From positions 1 through 61,151 of the forward strand of contig DATGXB010000028.1 of the NCBI GenBank assembly GCA_035299225.1: a stretch of DNA of 61,151 nt, in the 5' to 3' direction. The position numbers and the translations under genes were made by a program. Source of the DNA: Nostocaceae cyanobacterium. Its GTDB lineage: Bacteria > Cyanobacteriota > Cyanobacteriia > Cyanobacteriales > Nostocaceae. This document shows, one piece after another, positions 50,201 to 57,996 of this stretch. The notes under the pieces are model-generated. The model was not told the DNA's origin. It did no database searches and saw only the letters and a program-made list of their open reading frames with translations. Each line of letters starts with the position of its first letter. The first letter of the stretch is position 1.

Positions 50201-53200
50201 AATCAAAACAGTTTCAATATTCATAGTTTGGTTAAAGGTGAAAAACCTGCTTGGGTACGTCATGCTACAGGTAATTTACTCAAATTGCAAAATCATTTAC
50301 CTGAACCCATCATATTAAATGAGATTCGCGCTAATTGTCATCAAGAAATATCTCAACATCTTCTTTATCAACAATTCCAAGAAATCGGTTTAGAATATGG
50401 GGCAAATTTCCAAGGAATTGCAAAACTTTGGACTGGTGAAAAAGAAGCACTTGCTCAAATCAAATTACCCGAAAATCTCACAGCAGAATTACCAAATTAT
50501 CAGTTACATCCAACCTTATTAGATGCTTGTTTTCAAGTGCTAATTGGTACTGTTTCCACTAAACAAACTTATCTACCGATAAAAATTGAAAAATTCCGTT
50601 TTTACCAATCTCCTGGTTTACAAGTCTGGACTTATGCGCGGTTAGTGACAGAAAACACCAAGCAAATTACAGGAGATATACAAATAATAGATGCTAATGG
50701 TAATATATTAGTAGAAATTCAAGGTTTCTGCTGTCGTTCCCTTCCCCAAGCACAGGAATTTGTTACAAAACCAGAAAATTTACTTTATCAATATCAATGG
50801 GAATTAAAATCACGTCCTGACCAAAAATTAATTATCAATGCTGCTTATCTTCCTTCTCCTCACCAAATTACTGAAAATCTCCACAGTGAAGCTATGAGAT
50901 TAAGTCAGCAATTAGGACGTAAAATTTATTATGAACAAGTAAATTCCCAAGTAAATAATTTATCCGTTAGTTATATTATTCATGCCTTTCAACAATTAGG
51001 CTGGAAACCAGAATTACATCAACAAATTAACACAGATACCTTAATAGAACAGTTGGGTATTGCATCTCAGCATCGGCGTTTATTTGGTCGGTTGTTGGCA
51101 ATTTTAGAAAAAGAAAATATCTTAACATTAATATCTGATCAAAACTGGAAAATCAACCAAATTCCTGAAGTCAAAGAAATAAAACAACTTTGGCAAAATC
51201 TATTTACTCAATTTCCCGCATATCAAGCCGAACTGACTTTACAGCGACGTTGCGGTGAGAAATTAGCCCAAGTTTTACGCGGAGAAATTGACCCCTTACA
51301 ACTAATTTTTCCAGAAGGTTCGCTCACCGCATCAGAACAACTTTACCAAGATTCTCCTAATTATAAAATTTACAATATTTTAGTACAAAAAGCCGTTGCC
51401 TTAGCATTAGAACATTTACCAGCCGGTCGCAAAATCAGAATCTTAGAAATTGGTGCGGGTACTGGTGCGCTAACTTATTATATTTTGCCAAAATTACCAG
51501 CTAAACGCACAGAATATATATTTACAGATGTAACTCAAGTTTTTGTCAATTCTGCTCAACAAAAATTTAGCAATTATCCTTTTATTAATTATTCCGTTTT
51601 AGATATTGAAGCTGATCCAATTTCTCAAGGTTTTGATGCACATTCTTTTGATTTGATTGTAGCATCTGATGTACTGCACGCAACTACTAATTTACCTTCT
51701 ACCTTAGAAAATATTAAACAACTTTTAGCTTCCCAAGGATTATTAATATTTATAGAATTAACAAATGCACCCTATTGGGCAGATTTAGTATTTGGAATGC
51801 TTCAAGGTTGGTGGCTATTTGCAGATGAGAGAAAAATTAATCCTTTACTTTCAGCTTTACAATGGCAAGATTTACTGATAAAATGCGGATTTACAGAAGT
51901 TGATAGCCTTGCAGATAGCGACGGAACTTTTGCATCTGTGCATCAGGTATTTTTGGCTCAAACTCCCCAAATTAAAATACAAGGTAGAGACGTTCCATGG
52001 AACGTCTCTACAACCGAAAATATTCAAAACGTTTCTACAGCAGAAAATATTCAAAACATCTCTATATCTGAGAATATTAATTTACCAACTCAAAAAACGG
52101 GAACTTGGTTAATTTTTGGTGATAAATTTGGAGTTGGACAAAAGTTAGCTGAAAAATTGAAAGAAAATTCACAAACTCCCATTTTCATTTTACCCGGAAA
52201 TGAGTTTCAACAAATCGCTGATGATTGTTTCCAAATTCGTCCAGCACATCTAGAAGATATCCAAAGAATAGTACACACTAATATTACTGGTATTATTCAT
52301 CTTTGGAGTTTGGATATTCCAGCAGTTGCAGAAACAACTTTAACTGAACTAGAACAAGCTCAAAAATTAGGTTGTTTAACTATACTTTACCTAGTCCAAA
52401 CTTTAGAAAAAATCGGCATTTCCCCCCGCTTAGTATTAGTAACAGCCGACACTCAAGCTATAGGAGAAACTCCAGCTTTAGAAGTTGGTCAATCTCAATT
52501 ATGGGGTTTAGGACGGGTAATTGATAATGAGTTTCCTAATTTGCGTTGTTTAAGAATTGATATCAGTTCTAAAAAAGATATTCGAGAAATTAATGCGCTA
52601 TTTGCTGAACTGTGGTCAGAAGATAGAGAAGATGAAATTGTTTTCCGGGGTGAAGCGCGTTATGTCCATCGCTTAGTATCAGTAGTAGCAGGAGAAATTA
52701 ATTCAAAATCTGCAATTAAAAATCAACCATTTCGTTTAGAGATCACCCAACCAGGAATTTTAGACAACCTCACCTTAAAACCATTAGCAAGAAAGCAACC
52801 AGAAGCGGGAGAAGTGGAAATAGAGGTTTACGCTACAGGGTTAAACTTTAAAGATGTAGCAAAAGCAATGAACTTGCTGGCTGATGTGAACTTAGAAGGA
52901 AATTTTTCCGGGCGATCGCTTGGTTTGGAATGTGCTGGTAAAATTACAGCTATTGGTGCAGGTGTGACAAATTTTCAAATTGGTGATGAAGTTATAGCCA
53001 GCGCTCCTCACAGCTTCAGTTCCCACACTATCACAGATGCCCGTCTAGTTGTCCACAAACCCCAAAATATCAGTTTTGAAGAAGCTGCAACCATTCCGGC
53101 GGTTTTCCTCACTGCTTATTATGCCCTGCATTATTTGGGTAGAATAACTAAAGGGGAGAAAGTTCTGATTCATGCCGCAGCAGGTGGAGTTGGTCTAGCA

Positions 53201-55585
53201 GCTATCCAACTAGCGCAAAAAGCAGGTGCGGAAATATTTGCTACCGCAGGCAGTGCAGAAAAACGGGAATTACTCCAAGCTTTAGGTGTTAAATATGTCA
53301 TGGATTCCCGTAGTTTAGATTTTGCTGACCAGATCATGCAATACACCAATAATAAAGGTGTAGATATCGTCCTTAACTCTTTAGCTGGTGCAGCTATTCC
53401 CAAAAGTCTTTCTGTCTTAGCACCCTATGGACGGTTTATAGAAATTGGTAAACGGGATATTGATGATAATAATAAATTAGGTTTACGACCTTTTCAGAAA
53501 AACCTCTCATTTTTCGCGGTAGACTTAGACCGACTGTGGAAAGAACGCGCAGAGTTAGCCGGTTCTTTATTTGCTGAAGTAATGCAACTTTTCCGAGAAC
53601 AGACTTTACACCCCCTACCTCACCGAGTTTTCCCCATCTCTCAGGTAAAATCAGCTTTCCGTTACATGGCTCAAGCTAAACACATCGGTAAAGTTGTAAT
53701 TTCCTTGCAAAACCCTGATGTAATTATTCCCCCACCACAGGAAAAAATTACATTTCATCAACATGGTACTTATTTAATTACTGGCGGTTTAGGTGGATTT
53801 AGTTTAGCATTAGCTCAATGGTTAGTAGAACATGGTGCGGGAAATTTAGTGTTGATGGGCAGAAGTGGTCAAGTTTCCCCCGATGCTGAGTTAATTATTA
53901 ACAGTTTAAAAGCCGCCGGTACTAATGTTGTGGTAGCTAAAGCCGATGTTAGTCAAGCCGACCAAGTGGCACGGGTGCTTAAAGATATCAAAGAATCTCT
54001 ACCACCATTACGGGGAATATTCCATGCAGCTTTAGTATTAGATGATGCCATCTTACTGCAACTCAATCAAGAACGATTCCAAAAAGTAATTGCTCCCAAG
54101 GTTGATGGTGCTTGGAATTTACACACCCAAACTTTAGATATACCCTTAGATTGCTTTGTGCTATTTTCTTCTGTAGCCGCAACCATTGGTAATCCTGGTC
54201 AGGGTAATTATGTAGCTGCAAGTGTTTTTCTTGATACATTAGCACATTATCGCCGCAACTTAGGGTTAAAAGCCTTAAGCATTAACTGGGGAGTTATCGC
54301 TGATGTGGGTTATGCTGCTCAAAAGTCCCACATAGGAGAACATTTCCAACGTTTGGGACTAAAACCGCTACAGTCAAAACAAGCTTTACAGGTTTTAGAA
54401 AAATTGCTACAAGCGGACGCAGTACAAACCGCAGTAGCACCGGTAGATTGGTTACAATGGCATCAAGCTTATCCGGCTGGTATATCTCCCCGTTTTTCTT
54501 ACCTCACCAGCCAAGAAAGCTTAACTCAAGAAGCAAGTAACCCTAATATTGATACTGATTCTTTCCGTAATCTCCTATTAGCTGCAACAGACCGCGAACA
54601 GTTATTATCATCCCGTTTGCTGGAACAAGTTGCGAGGGTTTTGGGAACTTCTGTGGCTAAATTAGATACTTCCAAATCATTAACGAATTTGGGGTTAGAT
54701 TCCCTCATGGCCGTAGAACTGAGTAACCGCATCAAAAATGAACTAGAAGCCAAAATACCAGCCATGAAAATCATGCAGGGGTTGAATATTTCCCAACTGA
54801 CAAGCGAAATCATGGAACAGTTAACTGGAGCTGCTAAACAAAACGTTTCCGTGAAAACAGGTGACTGGTTAGTGTTCCCCCGACCAAATTCTGAAGCGCG
54901 TTTGCGGTTGTTTTGCTTCCCTTATATTAACGGTAGTAGTTCGGTATTTAGTCAATGGCCAGAGAAATTACCCCCAGATATTGAAGTTTGTGCTGTACAA
55001 TTACCAGGAGGAAGCGATCGCCTCAATGAACCACCCATCCAAACCTTAACTTCCCTCATAGAAACACTTGCAAATGCTCTCATCCCTAATTTAAACAAAC
55101 CCTTTGCCTTTTATGGTCACAGTTTAGGCGCATTAATCAGCTTTGAACTAGCTCGATATCTGCGTCAAAAAACCGGTAAAATCCCTGTTCATCTGTTTGT
55201 TGCTGCTTTACAAGCTCCCCAACTACCCCACCCTTACCCCTCTATATCTCACCTCTCCGACTCCCAAGCCTTAAAAAAAGCCTCTCTGTTGGACTTACCC
55301 GAAGCATTTGGACAAAATCCTGAGTTAATGCAGTTATTATTACCAGGTCTAAAAGCCGGAATTGCCATTTCTCAAAATTATACTTATGCACCAGATAAAC
55401 CCTTAGAATGTCCCATTACCGCTTTTGGTGGAAATCAAGATAAAGTCATCACTCAAGAGCATTTATTAGCTTGGGAAAAACAAACTTCTAGTACATTCAA
55501 TTTACAAATCTTCCCTGGTAATCATTTATTTCTACACACTGACCAAAACCTACTACTACCTTATTTAGCCACTTACTTGAATTAG
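47201..55585 (+). CDS. single-module, fully reducing type I polyketide synthase, domain order KS-AT-DH-cMT-ER-KR-ACP-TE
   Basis: The ORF opens at 47141 (MIIK), but the in-frame ATG at 47201 (MQHLKT) is the probable start. KS Cys motif DTACSSSL near 47750. AT GHSVGE near 49100. DH HxxxGxxxxP (HPLLGSRLE...YPGAGY) near 49945. SAM motif LEIGAGTGAL near 51445. ER VLIHAAAGGVGLAAIQLA near 53170. KR ITGGLGGFSLALAQW near 53770. ACP LGLDSLMAVEL near 54700. TE GHSLGALIS near 55120. Confidence 0.9.
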   Translation: MQHLKTLKNREPIAIVGIGCRFPGGANNSEAFWNLLINGVDAIAEVPASRWNISNFYHPDTAKPGKIRTRWGGFIEDIDQFDAQFFGISPREAACIDPQQRLLLEVVWEALEDGGQVAAKLANSQTGVFIGISGSDYHHIQLNVSDRHLINAYTHLGGVHCIAANRISYVLNLQGPSLAVDTACSSSLVAVHLACQSIWNGESSAAIAGGVNAMLKPETSIGFSKASMLSPDGRCFTFDARANGYVRGEGVGVVFLKPLSQAQADKDPIYAVIKATAVNQDGQTNGITVPNGKAQEAAILSACEQAGILPEQVQYVEAHGTGTPVGDPIETKALGHVLGKNRPAGEHCLIGSVKTNIGHLEPASGIAGLIKVALAIKNGQIPPNLNLQTPNPEIPFTELRLRVPTNPEPWPDEEKPRIAGINSFGFGGTNAHTILAEVPQPPAPLRLRSVTTAKKSYLLPLSARSEAALKDLAAAYKIFLTNTSLSLSDICYTATFYRDHHDHRLAVVGSSPAEITANLAGFLAEETRLRISEGRVIVDKLPKLAFVFSGMGQQWWAMGRSLLAEESVFREKIQQCDQLLRQYTDWSLWEELTASEESSRINETQIAQCAIFSVQVALAALWESWGIVPAGIVGHSVGEVAAAYVAGVLSLEDAVCVIFHRSRLQATSAGQGKMLAVGLSLEEAEKVISGYEDKVAVGAVNSHNSVTLSGDSQALGEIAQTLEQQEVFCRFLKVEVPYHSPLMEHLKADLLHSLSEITPKSAAIPLFSTVTGQQVAGTEIDGAYWGQNMRNPVLFAAAVEGMMEAEYNLFLEIGAHPVLANYISECFTQANQAVTVLPSLRRQESDLVIMLGSFGKLYTVGYAVDWNRLDLDGQFVRVPSYPWQKEQYWHESEESQQARIGEGLRRSLLGKQVHPLLGSRLESVQLLWNATIDQSNLTYLKDHRIQGSVVYPGAGYIEMVLATAKELFGAGSCILEDVEFLQALFLPDEPITLQLSVEDQNQNSFNIHSLVKGEKPAWVRHATGNLLKLQNHLPEPIILNEIRANCHQEISQHLLYQQFQEIGLEYGANFQGIAKLWTGEKEALAQIKLPENLTAELPNYQLHPTLLDACFQVLIGTVSTKQTYLPIKIEKFRFYQSPGLQVWTYARLVTENTKQITGDIQIIDANGNILVEIQGFCCRSLPQAQEFVTKPENLLYQYQWELKSRPDQKLIINAAYLPSPHQITENLHSEAMRLSQQLGRKIYYEQVNSQVNNLSVSYIIHAFQQLGWKPELHQQINTDTLIEQLGIASQHRRLFGRLLAILEKENILTLISDQNWKINQIPEVKEIKQLWQNLFTQFPAYQAELTLQRRCGEKLAQVLRGEIDPLQLIFPEGSLTASEQLYQDSPNYKIYNILVQKAVALALEHLPAGRKIRILEIGAGTGALTYYILPKLPAKRTEYIFTDVTQVFVNSAQQKFSNYPFINYSVLDIEADPISQGFDAHSFDLIVASDVLHATTNLPSTLENIKQLLASQGLLIFIELTNAPYWADLVFGMLQGWWLFADERKINPLLSALQWQDLLIKCGFTEVDSLADSDGTFASVHQVFLAQTPQIKIQGRDVPWNVSTTENIQNVSTAENIQNISISENINLPTQKTGTWLIFGDKFGVGQKLAEKLKENSQTPIFILPGNEFQQIADDCFQIRPAHLEDIQRIVHTNITGIIHLWSLDIPAVAETTLTELEQAQKLGCLTILYLVQTLEKIGISPRLVLVTADTQAIGETPALEVGQSQLWGLGRVIDNEFPNLRCLRIDISSKKDIREINALFAELWSEDREDEIVFRGEARYVHRLVSVVAGEINSKSAIKNQPFRLEITQPGILDNLTLKPLARKQPEAGEVEIEVYATGLNFKDVAKAMNLLADVNLEGNFSGRSLGLECAGKITAIGAGVTNFQIGDEVIASAPHSFSSHTITDARLVVHKPQNISFEEAATIPAVFLTAYYALHYLGRITKGEKVLIHAAAGGVGLAAIQLAQKAGAEIFATAGSAEKRELLQALGVKYVMDSRSLDFADQIMQYTNNKGVDIVLNSLAGAAIPKSLSVLAPYGRFIEIGKRDIDDNNKLGLRPFQKNLSFFAVDLDRLWKERAELAGSLFAEVMQLFREQTLHPLPHRVFPISQVKSAFRYMAQAKHIGKVVISLQNPDVIIPPPQEKITFHQHGTYLITGGLGGFSLALAQWLVEHGAGNLVLMGRSGQVSPDAELIINSLKAAGTNVVVAKADVSQADQVARVLKDIKESLPPLRGIFHAALVLDDAILLQLNQERFQKVIAPKVDGAWNLHTQTLDIPLDCFVLFSSVAATIGNPGQGNYVAASVFLDTLAHYRRNLGLKALSINWGVIADVGYAAQKSHIGEHFQRLGLKPLQSKQALQVLEKLLQADAVQTAVAPVDWLQWHQAYPAGISPRFSYLTSQESLTQEASNPNIDTDSFRNLLLAATDREQLLSSRLLEQVARVLGTSVAKLDTSKSLTNLGLDSLMAVELSNRIKNELEAKIPAMKIMQGLNISQLTSEIMEQLTGAAKQNVSVKTGDWLVFPRPNSEARLRLFCFPYINGSSSVFSQWPEKLPPDIEVCAVQLPGGSDRLNEPPIQTLTSLIETLANALIPNLNKPFAFYGHSLGALISFELARYLRQKTGKIPVHLFVAALQAPQLPHPYPSISHLSDSQALKKASLLDLPEAFGQNPELMQLLLPGLKAGIAISQNYTYAPDKPLECPITAFGGNQDKVITQEHLLAWEKQTSSTFNLQIFPGNHLFLHTDQNLLLPYLATYLN
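51984..52082 (+). repeat. 28-bp perfect palindrome (GTAGAGACGTTCCATGGAACGTCTCTAC) followed by three imperfect 27-bp tandem repeats, in-frame within the PKS cMT-ER linker
   Basis: Palindrome checked base by base (14+14, centred on CCATGG). The repeats encode VSTTENIQN / VSTAENIQN / ISISENINL. A near-copy of the palindrome is at 10277-10298. Confidence 0.85.
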
Positions 55586-55746
55586 TCAAAAAAAGAGGTA
55601 TTTAACGGCATAGGTAAAATTGTCTATTTTCTAATCTTGCTTATGTCTGGCGATAAAAAACTCCTATGAATCATCTATACATACATCCATAGGAGAAATT
55701 ATACAACTTTTTTATTTATTTTCCAAACCACATTTGATAAAATAAA

Positions 55747-57639
55747 CTATTCCACTGTCACAGATTTAGCCAAGTTTCTGGGCTGGTCTACGTCTAAACC
55801 ACGTCTAGCAGCGATATGATAAGCTAGTAGTTGCAGAGGTATAACTGTGAGAATTGGTGAGAGAATTTCCTCTACTTCTGCTACAGGAATAATATCATTA
55901 AAGATTTCTGCGGCTTCACCATGATTAACTGATGTGACACCAATTAAGCGAGAATCTCGTGCTTTGGCTTCTTGAGCGTTAGAGATGACTTTTTCGTAAA
56001 CTGTTCCCGGCATAGCGATCGCTACTACTGGTACTTTAGCATCTAACAAAGCAATGGGCCCGTGTTTCATTTCCCCTGCTGGGTATCCCTCCGCGTGAAT
56101 ATAGCTGATTTCTTTTAATTTCAAAGCCCCTTCTAAAGCGATAGGAAAATTAATTCCTCTCCCCACAAAAATGAAATCTTTGGTTTCCGCAAAGTCATGT
56201 ACTAAATTCTCAATATACTTTTCCTGAGTTTCTAAAATCGCTTCAATTTCTCCCGGAAGTTGGCGTAAACCTGCCAAAATTTCCGCTAATCTGCTATGAG
56301 ATATAGTCTGGCGACGATATGCTAAATCTAAAGCCAATGCATAAAAAGCCATTAATTGGGCAATAAAGGTTTTTGTGGCTGCAACACCAATTTCAATCCC
56401 CCCATGAGTATTAATAATATTCGCTACCATCTGTCCCAAAGTGCTTTCCGGGCGGTTGGTAATTCCTAATAGTCGCGCTTGATACTTAGCATCTTTCCCT
56501 TGTCGGCGCTCTTTTTCCATACTCAAAGCCGCTAAAGTATCCGCAGTTTCCCCAGATTGAGTTACCCCAATAGTTAAAGTATTAGCAGTCATGGGGGATG
56601 GTGCATAGCGAAATTCAGAAGCGTATTGTACTTGAGTGGGGACAAGGGCTAATTGTTCAATTAAGTATTTTCCCACTAAAGCAGCGTGCCAGCTAGTACC
56701 ACAGGCGACAATTTGGATTTGTTCTAAATCTGCGTAAAATTCTGCTGGTAAACCTAAATTTACAGGTGATTTATCAGTTTGCGTACTTCCTTCTGGGGAA
56801 AAATAAGCCTCTAAACAAGCCCGGACTACTCCCGGTTGCTCATAGATTTCCTTGAGCATAAAATGTTTGAATCCCTGCTTTTCCACCATAACGGGATTCC
56901 AGTTCAAGGTACGGGGTTGCTTTTTCAAGCGGTGGCCGCTAAAGCTGTAAACCTCAACCCCCAAAGGAGTCAAACGAGCAATTTCCCCATTTTCTAGGGG
57001 CAATACTGCGCGGGTATGGGAGACAATCGCGGGGGTATCGGAAGCACAGAAAAACTCACCCTGACCGAAACCAATCACCAACGGGGCTTGCTGGCGCACT
57101 ACAATTAACTCATCAGGGTAATCTGCGGAGATTATGGCGATCGCATAACCCCCTTCTAGCTGATTCACCGCTTCCCGCACGGCTGTATATAGTTGGTATT
57201 CTGGCTGGACTTGTTCTTTAACTGACTTTAAACATTCAGCAATTAAATTTGGGATAACTTCCGTATCTGTATCTGAGCGAAATTCATACCCCTTAGCTTT
57301 TAAACTTTCTTTTAAATCCCGATAATTTTCGATAATTCCATTTTGCACCACAGCTATCCGCATAGCTGTATCCAGATGGGGATGAGCATTATATTCTTCT
57401 GGTTTACCATGAGTTGCCCAGCGAGTATGACCGATACCGATTTGGGCATGACTTTCCATTTGTTCCAGTTTAGAACGCAGGTTATGCAGCTTACCCTTAG
57501 CCCGGATACACTGCACCTTATCCTCCCAAATCGTCGCTACTCCAGCCGAATCATACCCTCTGTACTCCAGTTTTTCCAGTCCTGCCAAAAGAATATTTGT
57601 CGCCGTTTGCGTGCCTATATATCCTACAATTCCGCACAT
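55747..57639 (-). CDS. glmS: glutamine--fructose-6-phosphate aminotransferase GlmS
   Basis: N-terminal MCGIVGYIG (Ntn Cys), two SIS domains, and C-terminal ...VDQPRNLAKSVTVE. 630 aa. Confidence 0.95.
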   Translation of the reverse strand: MCGIVGYIGTQTATNILLAGLEKLEYRGYDSAGVATIWEDKVQCIRAKGKLHNLRSKLEQMESHAQIGIGHTRWATHGKPEEYNAHPHLDTAMRIAVVQNGIIENYRDLKESLKAKGYEFRSDTDTEVIPNLIAECLKSVKEQVQPEYQLYTAVREAVNQLEGGYAIAIISADYPDELIVVRQQAPLVIGFGQGEFFCASDTPAIVSHTRAVLPLENGEIARLTPLGVEVYSFSGHRLKKQPRTLNWNPVMVEKQGFKHFMLKEIYEQPGVVRACLEAYFSPEGSTQTDKSPVNLGLPAEFYADLEQIQIVACGTSWHAALVGKYLIEQLALVPTQVQYASEFRYAPSPMTANTLTIGVTQSGETADTLAALSMEKERRQGKDAKYQARLLGITNRPESTLGQMVANIINTHGGIEIGVAATKTFIAQLMAFYALALDLAYRRQTISHSRLAEILAGLRQLPGEIEAILETQEKYIENLVHDFAETKDFIFVGRGINFPIALEGALKLKEISYIHAEGYPAGEMKHGPIALLDAKVPVVAIAMPGTVYEKVISNAQEAKARDSRLIGVTSVNHGEAAEIFNDIIPVAEVEEILSPILTVIPLQLLAYHIAARRGLDVDQPRNLAKSVTVE

Positions 57640-57734
57640 TGCTCACACCATTCTGCTAGAGGTTGATTAAATCTAAGCATAGTTGATTAGTCATAGAGGG
57701 GTCATTCTAGCAGACAATTGGCAGTTTAGTACAA

Positions 57735-57790
57735 GGAGGAAGAAGGCAGGCGTTCCGTGAGCGAAGTCGAACGGGGCAGGAGGCAGGAGG
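57735..57790. repeat. AGGCAGG-type STR interrupted by a 24-bp element (57751-57774, CGTTCCGTGAGCGAAGTCGAACGG) related to the 25-bp dispersed element
   Basis: Shares the core GCGMAGTCGAA with the copies at 23239, 38787, about 21686 and 23771 (the last on the opposite strand). Confidence 0.6.
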
Positions 57791-57996
57791 TAAGAAAGCT
57801 CAATATATAAGCCTTGTTTAGTTTTTTTACTGATTTTCGTCAATCTGCACCAGTTAATGTGGAATTAAATTAGGTGGTTAAATTTCGGCTGATTGTGTTT
57901 AGAGGTGGTATTTACCAATTCATAGAAGTTAAATTTGTGACATCACACAAAGAGCAAATTTATTTTGTGCAATTTATTCTCAAATTTCAGTAACAC

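Noticed and set aside
55661-55694. Stem-loop CTCCTATG-N18-CATAGGAG between convergent PKS and glmS as a bidirectional terminator
   Set aside because: Only 8 bp of stem with an 18-nt loop, AT-rich, and no flanking U/A tracts of convincing length. Too weak to call.
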